Assembly (NCBI GenBank): GCA_964546365.1
Contig: CAZJJR010000074.1
Span: 1 to 23,392, forward strand
DNA: 23,392 bases
From: an uncultured bacterium
GTDB lineage: Bacteria; Cyanobacteriota; Cyanobacteriia; Cyanobacteriales; Aerosakkonemataceae
Direction of reading: 5' to 3'
The translations under genes and the position numbers were made by a program. The notes beneath the pieces were generated by a model. The model was not told where the DNA came from, ran no database searches, and saw nothing but the letters and a program-made list of their open reading frames with translations. Positions 16,086-23,392 of the stretch are shown piece by piece; within the stretch, counting starts at the first letter, position 1, and the number at the start of each line of letters is the position of its first letter.

Positions 16086-17333
16086 CTAATTAGAAATTGG
16101 CACCCCTCTAATTGCACCAGTTTCCGGAACGTAAATATCTAAAGAATTCACATTTGGCGGTACTCTCAACCAAACATAAGCATCTACCGAAGCATCTGGG
16201 CGAATTTGCGCTAAAGAAACATTGCCAGTTGAATGTTCGCCAGGATTTACCGCTTTAAAAGTTTCGCTAGTAACTGGATTTCTGGCAGTTGTTTCGCCAA
16301 CATCGATAATATTATTTGCAGGGATTTCATTGGCGAAACGACGAATTCGCATCTGCACGTTTACGATGTCCCGATTACCAGTTTGGGGGTCTACAATACG
16401 TTTAGCTGAGAGTAAATCTACTCGTGCTTTATTGCCATAAGCTAACTGTTTAAATGCGCCGGGTTGAAATTCTACATTGATTTTTGGTGTTGGTGCGGGT
16501 GTACTGGTAACTGGAGTTGCTGTTTGTGAAACGGTAGGATTTTTGCTTTGTTCGGTTACGGTTGTGCTGGGAGTTGGGGAAGGTGCAGGCGTGGAATTTT
16601 TGCTTTCTCGAGTGGGATTTGAATTTGGAATATTTGGTAGTACGGGGGTTGGGTTAACACCACTAGAAAGATTATTTTCTGCACTATTTCCTAATTTTGG
16701 GTTAGAAATTAGGACGTTTTTAAATGTACCTGTATCTTTGATTAAAATATCGATAGAATTAACCCGTGGCGGTACATTTAGTGTAACGTAACCGTCGGTG
16801 GTTTGATTGGGAGGTAAATTAAATAGAAAAATGGGGCCAGATGATTGTTGAATAGGATCTACAGCTTGGTAAGTTTCGTTAGTTAGTGGATTTCGCGCCG
16901 TGGTAGCACCCACATTAATGATGTCACTACCGACAAATTCATCGGTCATGCGACGCACTCGCATTTGCACGTTTACTTCATCAGGTTTGGCGGGATTGCG
17001 AGTAACTGAAAGTAATTCTACTTGAGCTTTATTCTCTAAAGCAGATTGGATATAAGGATTTTGAGGAGTTTCTTGGAGATTAGTTTCAGGAGATGGTGAA
17101 ACAGGTATGGGAGTAGATGGAACAGTAACAGTTTGATTTTGATTGGCTTGACGATTAAAAGGGTTAATTAGTTGCCCGGATTGCATCGCCCGATATAGTA
17201 AAAAGCCTGCTCCTCCGAAAATGAGGAGAACTAATACTGTCGCCGCGCCAGCTAAAAATGAGTTTACATTACTACCTTGACGCTTATGGTTGGTTTCTAC
17301 TGCCTTTTGTTTCTCTGGATTGTGCGTTTTCAT
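16086..17333 (-). CDS. Membrane-anchored hypothetical protein, 415 aa, with two tandem ~115-aa homologous domains separated by a Pro/Thr/Ser-rich linker.
   Basis: Single N-terminal TM: FLAGAATVLVLLIFGGAGFLLY. Repeat 1: ELLSVTRNP...VNVQMRVRRMTDEFVGSDIINVGATTARNPLTNETYQAVDP...YVTLNVPPRVNSIDILIKDTG. Repeat 2: DLLSAKRIVDP...VNVQMRIRRFANEIPANNIIDVGETTARNPVTSETFKAVNP...YVWLRVPPNVNSLDIYVPETG. The linker is PTPVLPNIPNSNPT...TPAPSPTPSTTVTEQ...TSTPAPTPK. Confidence 0.6.
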   Translation of the reverse strand: MKTHNPEKQKAVETNHKRQGSNVNSFLAGAATVLVLLIFGGAGFLLYRAMQSGQLINPFNRQANQNQTVTVPSTPIPVSPSPETNLQETPQNPYIQSALENKAQVELLSVTRNPAKPDEVNVQMRVRRMTDEFVGSDIINVGATTARNPLTNETYQAVDPIQQSSGPIFLFNLPPNQTTDGYVTLNVPPRVNSIDILIKDTGTFKNVLISNPKLGNSAENNLSSGVNPTPVLPNIPNSNPTRESKNSTPAPSPTPSTTVTEQSKNPTVSQTATPVTSTPAPTPKINVEFQPGAFKQLAYGNKARVDLLSAKRIVDPQTGNRDIVNVQMRIRRFANEIPANNIIDVGETTARNPVTSETFKAVNPGEHSTGNVSLAQIRPDASVDAYVWLRVPPNVNSLDIYVPETGAIRGVPISN

Positions 17334-17452
17334 ATTATATCAAAGGTACAATTACGAAAAATAATTTTATAGAAACGACCCAATTATATTATTTTCTTGC
17401 ATTATCGCTCCGGTTACATCCCTCATAAGTAGGAATTAAGTTTATTATCTAG

Positions 17453-19051
17453 TTGCAATATAAAAAAGCTATTAACATGAGTTATCTCAAGTTGGCGATG
17501 AATTTGGCAAAGATTACTGCATTTGGTAAACCAATTGGTTTGCTGGTGCTTATTTTAGGTTGTCAGTTGTGGGTAAAGCAACTGAGTGCAACAGCGCAAA
17601 CGTCGAAAGTTCCGATGCAAGAAGTTTTAGCGCCAACGCAAGGTGTTAAACAGGTAGACTCTTCCCAGAGTATTTGTCCTGCACAATTATCCGCAGCAAT
17701 TGATGCGATCGCTAATCGTCCCCAATTTAATCGCGCTCGTTGGGGTATTTTAATTCAATCATTGGCAACCGAACAAACTCTCTACAACCGGGATGCACAG
17801 CAATACTTTATACCAGCATCCAACACCAAGTTATTAACTACCGCCGCCGCTTTACGTCAGTTAGGTTCTCAATATCGCATTCGCACATCTGTTTATGGTA
17901 GCAATGGCGTTTTGCGAGTGGTGGGAAGAGGCGATCCCAGTTTAACTGATGCACAATTAAAAGATTTAGCGCAACAATTAAAGCAACAAGGAATCACCCA
18001 AGTAAAACAACTGATCGTACAAGATGATTATTTTCAATCGCCGATACTTCATCCTACTTGGGAATGGGAAGATGTGAATGCTGATTACGGCGCTCCCATC
18101 AATAGTTTAATTTTAAATCAAAATGTTTTATCCTTAACTTTATTACCACAAAGATTAGGTCAACCTTTACAATTTCGCTGGAACGATCCCTTTGCTGCAC
18201 TGCAATGGCAAGTGGAAAATAAGGCTGTTACCGCTCAACCAAAATCAGAAAATACTCTAGAAGTAGTAGGTTTTCTAGGCAAGCCAATTTTGCAAATTCG
18301 CGGTCAGTTAAGCGCTGATTCCGAACCGGAAAAAATTGATTTACCAGTACGCGATCCGGCAGAAAACTTTTTACAACATTTTCGTCAATCTTTGCAATTA
18401 GAAGGAATTACCGTTACTCAAGCAATAGTGGCATCTAGCAATCAAAAAACCGATGAACCAGAATTAGCATCAATTGAATCTCCCCCCTTATCCCAGTTAA
18501 TCGCTGATACCAATCAACCCAGTAATAATGTTTATGCCGAATCTTTATTACAAACGATCGGTGCAATCAAATTCGTTTGTAGTAAGGAGTTTAGTCCTAA
18601 CTGCGATGAAGGAAAACTAACAACTACAGAAAAAGGATTAGCAGTTTTAAAAGCAACTTTAACTGATGTGGGAGTCGATCCGCAAAGTTATGTAATTAAA
18701 GATGGTTCGGGATTATCTCGACATAATTTAATAAGTCCGATCGCATTAGTTCAATTATTAAAAGGAATGTCCCAATTGCCGGAAGCAGAAATTTATCGAA
18801 CTTCCTTACCTGTAGCTGGAGTTAGCGGTACTTTGAGAAATCGATTTAAGGAGACACCAGCACAGACGATCGTGCAAGCAAAAACTGGTACGATGACAGG
18901 AGTTTCTTCTCTATCTGGATATGTAGATGCACCTAATTATGAAAGATTGGTGTTTAGTATTATTGTGAATCAATCCGATCGATCTGCAAGGATTGTTAGG
19001 GAAGGAATAGATGAGATTGTGCTGTTATTAACTCGTTTGCGTCGTTGTTAA
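17453..19051 (+). CDS. dacB: D-alanyl-D-alanine carboxypeptidase/endopeptidase (PBP4, peptidase S13).
   Basis: It is 532 aa with a signal/TM at the N-terminus. The SxxK active-site motif (IPASNTKLLTTAAAL), a DGSGLSRHN region and the KTG motif (AKTGTMTGVSSLSGY) are in PBP4 order. The start may be the downstream ATG at 17477 (MSYLKLAMNL...). Confidence 0.85.
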   Translation: MQYKKAINMSYLKLAMNLAKITAFGKPIGLLVLILGCQLWVKQLSATAQTSKVPMQEVLAPTQGVKQVDSSQSICPAQLSAAIDAIANRPQFNRARWGILIQSLATEQTLYNRDAQQYFIPASNTKLLTTAAALRQLGSQYRIRTSVYGSNGVLRVVGRGDPSLTDAQLKDLAQQLKQQGITQVKQLIVQDDYFQSPILHPTWEWEDVNADYGAPINSLILNQNVLSLTLLPQRLGQPLQFRWNDPFAALQWQVENKAVTAQPKSENTLEVVGFLGKPILQIRGQLSADSEPEKIDLPVRDPAENFLQHFRQSLQLEGITVTQAIVASSNQKTDEPELASIESPPLSQLIADTNQPSNNVYAESLLQTIGAIKFVCSKEFSPNCDEGKLTTTEKGLAVLKATLTDVGVDPQSYVIKDGSGLSRHNLISPIALVQLLKGMSQLPEAEIYRTSLPVAGVSGTLRNRFKETPAQTIVQAKTGTMTGVSSLSGYVDAPNYERLVFSIIVNQSDRSARIVREGIDEIVLLLTRLRRC

Positions 19052-19068
19052 ATTAAGTGAAGGGTAGA

Positions 19069-19102
19069 GAAACCCGGTTTCTTGAAGAAACCGGGTTTCT
19101 AG
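19069..19102. repeat. Copy 1 of a 34-bp perfect palindromic element, AGAAACCCGGTTTCT-TGA-AGAAACCGGGTTTCTA. It acts as a hairpin immediately after dacB.
   Basis: A 15-bp perfect stem with a 3-nt loop. An identical 34-mer recurs at 21695-21728. Confidence 0.65.
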
Positions 19103-19194
19103 TAGGTGAAGGAGATCGTCTTTACCATAGGTTTTGGCAGTTCGGCGTTTTATATATATAATCATAAGAAAAACTAGATCGCTTAATTACTAAT

Positions 19195-20274
19195 ATGTTT
19201 TCTCACATAATGTTAGTTATTGATGACAATAAAGATACTATATGGTTATATCAGCAACTAATGACCTTACTACCAGCTAAACATTTAAAAATGTCTTTGT
19301 CACGTAATGGAAAAGAAGGATTAGCTTTTCTTAAATCTCAAAAACCTAGCATAATATTGTTGCGTTATCCTGTTGGCTACTATTGGGATATTATTCGATA
19401 TATTCAGTCTCAAGCTCGGTTAAGATGGGTTCCGTTGATAATTTTGTCAGGAAAACCAAATATTAACGATGAGCATTCCATGATTTATGGGCGTTTTGAA
19501 CATTACCAGTTACCAGGTAATGCACTAGAACTTAAAAAGACTATTAAACGTGCGATCGCTCAAACAAAACAGCGATATTTGCAAGATAGCAAACATTCAA
19601 TATTTGCTCAATATTCTCAGACTGATATAAAACCTAAATATTTAAAATTGCAGGAATTGCTAACTAATAAAAATTGGCTTGAAGCAGACTTAGAGACAAC
19701 TAGACTAACGTTTCAGGTTGATAAAGAAAAGCTAGTAATTGATTCCGGTACTCCAGCCAGAAAAGCAGTTGCAGAAGCAATTGATGCTTTTTTACTTGAG
19801 GACTTACAAATGATAGATTACCTTTGGGTGATTTATAGCAATGGTCATTTTGGATTTAGCGTTCAGTGGCAGATACTTCAAAAAATCAAAAGTGAACTTT
19901 TTACCGTGCTTAAGAAAATAGGATGGTTTGATGATGAAAGCTTCCAAAATATCGATGTTGATGAAAGTTATGTAGAAGGATTTATGATTGATGGTAATTC
20001 ATCCTTCACAACAGATATTCAGACTAAAGATTTTTTTGACCAATATCCGATTCAAGGTAAATGGACTCCGATGACTGTCTTACCAATTGCTCTAGGGTGG
20101 TTAAGTAAAGGTGCGCCTGAATGGAATTTTGATTGTGAAACTAAGTACTCTCTCGATACTCCCAAGGGTCATTTACCTACAGTTGGCAAACAAGAAATGG
20201 GGGGAGCGTTTCATCACGGCTATCTGCTTTCTTGGATTTTCTCCAAACTTTATCCACGCCAATCAGAATGGTAG
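19195..20274 (+). CDS. Pseudo-receiver (CheY-like, lacking the phospho-acceptor Asp) fused to a GUN4-like domain.
   Basis: It is 359 aa. The N-terminus reads IMLVIDDN...SIILLRYPV...PLIILSGKPN. The DD pair, the beta4 Ser and the K-P are present, but the D57 position is Arg. The central and C-terminal region reads KYLKLQELLTNKNWLEADLETTRLTF...IDYLWVIYSNGHFGFSVQWQILQKI, matching the GUN4 W..YS.G.FGFS.Q..I signature. Confidence 0.55.
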   Translation: MFSHIMLVIDDNKDTIWLYQQLMTLLPAKHLKMSLSRNGKEGLAFLKSQKPSIILLRYPVGYYWDIIRYIQSQARLRWVPLIILSGKPNINDEHSMIYGRFEHYQLPGNALELKKTIKRAIAQTKQRYLQDSKHSIFAQYSQTDIKPKYLKLQELLTNKNWLEADLETTRLTFQVDKEKLVIDSGTPARKAVAEAIDAFLLEDLQMIDYLWVIYSNGHFGFSVQWQILQKIKSELFTVLKKIGWFDDESFQNIDVDESYVEGFMIDGNSSFTTDIQTKDFFDQYPIQGKWTPMTVLPIALGWLSKGAPEWNFDCETKYSLDTPKGHLPTVGKQEMGGAFHHGYLLSWIFSKLYPRQSEW

Positions 20275-20279
20275 ACTAT

Positions 20280-20651
20280 TTAGTAGCTGCCTCTCAAACT
20301 AGCGCCATCAATTCTAATGTAAGGTCTGAGTTCTACTTGTACCTTTGTTTTAACTTCTTGATTTTTGGCTGCTACTTCAAAAGCAAACTTACCTTTTTCT
20401 GAATCGATAATTTCAATATCTTCAACCATTTCAAACGTGAAATTGGCAATAGAAACATCTGAAAGTTTTAGATTAATTTGAACTGATTCTTGAATCATAT
20501 CCATGCCAAAGCGTAGTTTGATACCTGAAGCGTCAGTTACTTCATAACACCAATATCCATCAGTGGGATTAGCAATTACTAGTTCGGCATAAAATAATTC
20601 TAGCATTGCTAGTTCATCAAACTTTTGGCGGAGTTTCATTTTTTTATCCAA
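20280..20651 (-). CDS. Hypothetical 123-aa protein, last gene of a three-gene minus-strand cluster.
   Basis: Track ORF. It lies 8 bp downstream of the 79-aa ORF. No recognisable motifs. Confidence 0.4.
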   Translation of the reverse strand: MDKKMKLRQKFDELAMLELFYAELVIANPTDGYWCYEVTDASGIKLRFGMDMIQESVQINLKLSDVSIANFTFEMVEDIEIIDSEKGKFAFEVAAKNQEVKTKVQVELRPYIRIDGASLRGSY

Positions 20652-20659
20652 ACCTTAAT

Positions 20660-20899
20660 TCACGATGCCCAACAAGTTTTTTCGGGAAAATTTCCCTGTT
20701 TCCAATGCTGGCGAATTTTGACTGCCGCTCTCGGAAATAAAGCCTCTGAGTTATTAGTGGGAACTGGTTCAATCTCTTTAACTACACCATTAGTTTTATC
20801 TAACCACAGTTTGCCAAATAGCTTTTCGTGGGGGCCAAAACAGTAGACGACGCTGGTATCGTCTTCTTTTTCTTTCCAAAGCAACACATAAAAAGCCAT
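20660..20899 (-). CDS. Hypothetical 79-aa protein.
   Basis: Track ORF: MAFYVLLWKEKEDDTSVVYCFGPHEKLFGKLWLDKTNGVVKEIEPV... It is tightly spaced with its neighbours. Confidence 0.4.
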   Translation of the reverse strand: MAFYVLLWKEKEDDTSVVYCFGPHEKLFGKLWLDKTNGVVKEIEPVPTNNSEALFPRAAVKIRQHWKQGNFPEKTCWAS

Positions 20900-20961
20900 G
20901 CCTATTTTCCTCTTTTCTGATAGCGGATTTCTGACAGACTGCTACTAGCCTATCAGTTCCA

Positions 20962-21336
20962 CTATGCCAGAGGTGGTGACGGTGGGTTCCAGATGCGACC
21001 TGAACGTATTGTCGCTTCATGTGCAGTACGGTAGTCGGTACGAAAGATGCCCTCAAACCGCGATTCAAAGTATTCATGCTCTAATAGAGCTAGATCCTCA
21101 CCGATGTACTCGCCTCGGCGCAATCGTTCCCAAGCATCAGCAATATCTGGGTCAGGGTCAAAGCGACTAACTCTATCATCAAGCTGGTGTTCGCGGTAGA
21201 ACAGATGGTTTTTGATCCGTCTGATGCGGTATTCTCGTAAACCACTATTGCGGGCAATTTCTGCTACATCATCAGCTTGGCGGATAGCTTCGTAGGCTTG
21301 AGGGGCGTATTCTTCCCAACGGGTAAAATCGTCCAT
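20962..21336 (-). CDS. Hypothetical 124-aa protein, first gene of the small-gene cluster.
   Basis: Track ORF: MDDFTRWEEYAPQAYEAIRQADDVAEIARNSGLREYRIRRIKNHLFYREHQLDD... No family recognised. Confidence 0.4.
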   Translation of the reverse strand: MDDFTRWEEYAPQAYEAIRQADDVAEIARNSGLREYRIRRIKNHLFYREHQLDDRVSRFDPDPDIADAWERLRRGEYIGEDLALLEHEYFESRFEGIFRTDYRTAHEATIRSGRIWNPPSPPLA

Positions 21337-21694
21337 ATTGGAGATTTCCTTTAATAACGTTCTTATAGCTTCATATTTATGAAAGGCTAACTTTAAGCTA
21401 TCTGCTCGTTTTTACCAATATGAGAAATGTGCGAAATGTTTTATCTGTGAGATTTGCATGAATTTTCCAAGGCAATCATATTCATGGCTTAGGTAAGAGA
21501 GTCACGCTTAAATCAACCCCACGCAGAGGAAGGGAAGAGAGGAGAACGATCGCATTTTGGCTATTTTGATAGTTGGCGACGTATTGCTTAGTCGCAGAAA
21601 CATTGAATAATTCTTATTGATTAGTTTAAATGTTGCACAACGTTGAAGCCGCTCTAATCGAAAATACAGAACTTTCCAGGTAAATGAGGTATAC

Positions 21695-21728
21695 AGAAAC
21701 CCGGTTTCTTGAAGAAACCGGGTTTCTA
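21695..21728. repeat. Copy 2 of the 34-bp palindromic element, identical to 19069-19102.
   Basis: The sequence AGAAACCCGGTTTCTTGAAGAAACCGGGTTTCTA was read at both loci. The flanks differ. Confidence 0.65.
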
Positions 21729-21761
21729 TCTCTGCTGTAACATCATTCTAAATTCTGACCC

Positions 21762-21794
21762 CTAAAAAAAATAATAGGGTGAGCATCGCTCACC
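21762..21794 (-). terminator. Rho-independent terminator of the PRC-barrel gene: GGGTGAGC-GAT-GCTCACCC followed by TATTATTTTTTTTAG on the minus strand.
   Basis: An 8-bp perfect stem at 21776-21783 and 21787-21794. A T8 run follows immediately 3' on the minus strand, 17 bp past the stop at 21811. Confidence 0.7.
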
Positions 21795-21810
21795 CCACAA
21801 ACCAAACAAC

Positions 21811-22872
21811 CTAATACCGATCTTCTTCTTCGTATTCTGGCGTTTTCGTTTTTTCCGGTATGTTCAACTTAGGAGCTTTGTAGGGTTTAGGCGATTCTTC
21901 ATCAGCCCAAACATCTTCTACCTCGTCGTCTTCTTCTTCGTACTCATCCTCGTATTTTCTGTTGTCGTAACGAGGGGGAGGTTCCGGGGTCGCATAAGCT
22001 TTTTTGGCGTAATTGTTGCGGGTGGGTGTTGCTTCGCTCCAATTATCTTCTTCTTCTAACTCGTCTTCTTCGTAATAAAGTGTTTCAGGTTCGGGGCGAG
22101 GTAAGGGTTGTGCTTTGCGTAAAGGTTGGGGACGGGCTGGGGGTGCTGCTTCTTCCCATTCGTCGTCAGACTCCTGCCACGATTCTTGCACAACTGGTCT
22201 GGCTCGGCGAATCGGTTCGGCTTTTTGGAGGGGAACGCCTGTTGGTAGTTGATTTTCTGGTCTGATGGTGGTGGGTCGATAGTATTCTTCTTCTTCGTCT
22301 CTTTCCCAAGGCGCTCTACCGATGCCGAGACGTTCTAGGACACCTACGGTTAATTGTACCAGTCGCTCTTCCGATCCCTCGAACACGATCAGACGATTTG
22401 GGCCACTGCTGACAATTTCGTCAATGGGAAGCTCGTAAGTACTAATTGTCTCAAAACCTGCAATGCGATCGGGTATTTGAGGAACTCCAATCGAAGCGAT
22501 AATTAGGGAGGTTACTTTACCAGTTTCCGTATCGAATTTGAAACCCCGCACTCGACCTAGCATTTCGCCTGTTTCGGTGATCACCTCGCAGTTGATCAGG
22601 ATGCTGTAAATTTCTACATCGACATCATCTTCCAGGACGCTTTCATCATCCACTAGGATAACGTCACCGATTTGACGAATGCGGCTGAGTAGCATATACC
22701 TGGGAATGTTGCCGATCGAGATCAGGCTTTCTCGCAAACCGAGTGCTACGATCTCTCGCCGATCGATATCTACCCACAGTTGACTAACCACCCCAAGGCG
22801 TTTACCTGTGTCGCGGGTGATTACCTGGGTACCCAAGATGTCTGAGCGTAGGCGGATCTGTTCAGATGTCAT
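21811..22872 (-). CDS. PRC-barrel domain protein (two PRC barrels) with a long acidic, Pro-rich C-terminal tail.
   Basis: It is 353 aa. The N-terminal ~170 aa show two PRC-barrel-like segments: ILGTQVITRDTGKRLGVVSQLWVDIDRREIVALGL and LINCEVITETGEMLGRVRGFKFDTETGKVTSLIIAS. The tail is rich in E/D/P/Y, e.g. EEEDNWSEATP..., YEDEYEEEDDEVEDVW. Confidence 0.6.
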   Translation of the reverse strand: MTSEQIRLRSDILGTQVITRDTGKRLGVVSQLWVDIDRREIVALGLRESLISIGNIPRYMLLSRIRQIGDVILVDDESVLEDDVDVEIYSILINCEVITETGEMLGRVRGFKFDTETGKVTSLIIASIGVPQIPDRIAGFETISTYELPIDEIVSSGPNRLIVFEGSEERLVQLTVGVLERLGIGRAPWERDEEEEYYRPTTIRPENQLPTGVPLQKAEPIRRARPVVQESWQESDDEWEEAAPPARPQPLRKAQPLPRPEPETLYYEEDELEEEDNWSEATPTRNNYAKKAYATPEPPPRYDNRKYEDEYEEEDDEVEDVWADEESPKPYKAPKLNIPEKTKTPEYEEEDRY

Positions 22873-23062
22873 TATGTATCCCGAATCTGGGTCTCGAACC
22901 CTGTTACAATACTTATCTTAAATAATTGAAACTCCTATTGACCTCTTTTACCAATTAACTTTAACAGAGTAATTAATAATCTTTCCCCCTGCTCCCTGCC
23001 CCCTGCCCCCCTGCGAGGATAGTAAATGGACAGAGCTTAATTAGAAATGGTATTTGAGGCTA

Positions 23063-23392
23063 TTAGGACTGTAACTTAATTCCCAAAACTTGGGTATAAG
23101 CTCCCCTGGCTTGGGTAACACCAATCACGCGCTCTGCCGATTTAATCATAGGGCCTTTATGACTTACGACGATAAACTGTGCTTGGGTTGACTGTTGTTT
23201 GATTATTGTAGCCAATCGATCGACATTTGCCCCGTCTAAAAACATATCTACTTCATCAAAAGCGTAGAAAGGTGAAGGACGGTAACGTTGCAAGGCGAAA
23301 ATAAAGCTAAGAGCAGTCATGGATTTTTCGCCACCAGACATGGATGCTAGGCGTTGTACTGGTTTACCTTTGGGATGAGCAACTAGGTTTAG
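23063..23392 (-). CDS. smc: Chromosome segregation protein SMC, C-terminal ATPase-tail fragment. The gene continues beyond the window end.
   Basis: ABC signature motif LSGGEKS, Walker [10 protein letters not shown]-loop and H-loop (VVSHK). The frame is open to the window end. Confidence 0.85.
   Translation of the reverse strand, partial: LNLVAHPKGKPVQRLASMSGGEKSMTALSFIFALQRYRPSPFYAFDEVDMFLDGANVDRLATIIKQQSTQAQFIVVSHKGPMIKSAERVIGVTQARGAYTQVLGIKLQS

Noticed and set aside
16222-16791. Plus-strand ORFs of 72 and 104 aa.
   Set aside because: They are antisense to the 415-aa repeat protein. The Gly/Val-rich shadow arises from the Pro/Thr codons on the other strand.
20625-21170. Plus-strand ORFs 20625..20846 and 20964..21170, and minus 20796..21077.
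   Set aside because: They overlap the better-supported tightly spaced minus-strand small-gene trio. They have no motifs and atypical composition (Arg-, His- and Cys-rich).
22026-22265. Plus-strand 79-aa ORF.
   Set aside because: It is antisense within the PRC-barrel gene.
1-23392. CRISPR arrays, rRNA, tRNA.
   Set aside because: I found no regularly spaced direct repeats, no rRNA-like conserved stretches and no tRNA-like T-loop or acceptor pairings on either strand.

Overview
This 23.4-kb window is chromosomal DNA from a cyanobacterium. The octamer GCGATCGC (HIP1) recurs throughout, in coding and non-coding sequence (e.g. ~1405, ~1653, ~3925, ~4807, ~5098, ~6805, ~6831, ~9119, ~9517, ~13369, ~14203). 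The genome is AT-rich and many genes have weak or no Shine-Dalgarno sequences, so it is probably a filamentous Nostocales- or Oscillatoriales-like organism.

Housekeeping genes present:
- Aspartyl-tRNA synthetase (aspS).
- An AlaX-type tRNA trans-editing protein.
- The D-Ala-D-Ala carboxypeptidase PBP4 (dacB).
- The 3' end of smc.

The most notable gene is a full-length, intron-free homolog of the eukaryotic major vault protein (MVP, 893 aa). From my memory of the human sequence it is collinear with human MVP and more than 50% identical over the whole length. It contains HIP1 sites, so it is a resident cyanobacterial gene rather than contamination.

Accessory-type genes surround it:
- Directly upstream, on the same strand, is a 784-aa STAND NTPase with an N-terminal XRE-type HTH, an NB-ARC ATPase and C-terminal TPR repeats. 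Its TPR half is markedly more AT-rich than its N-terminal half.
- Two tandem WD40 beta-propeller proteins with transmembrane and coiled-coil N-termini.
- A 2OG-Fe(II) oxygenase-like protein.
- A translationally coupled pair: a basic small protein and a retropepsin-like aspartic protease.
- A cytochrome b561-like membrane protein.
- A membrane-anchored protein with an internal tandem domain duplication.
- A pseudo-receiver fused to a GUN4-like domain.
- A trio of small genes of unknown function.
- A PRC-barrel protein with an acidic tail.

Gene debris sits between aspS and alaX: a pstB 3' remnant with an in-frame stop, and a mazF/pemK-like N-terminal fragment. This marks a rearrangement breakpoint. 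Several strong intrinsic-terminator hairpins are present. One 34-bp perfect palindromic element occurs twice, 2.6 kb apart. I found no rRNA, tRNA or CRISPR array.
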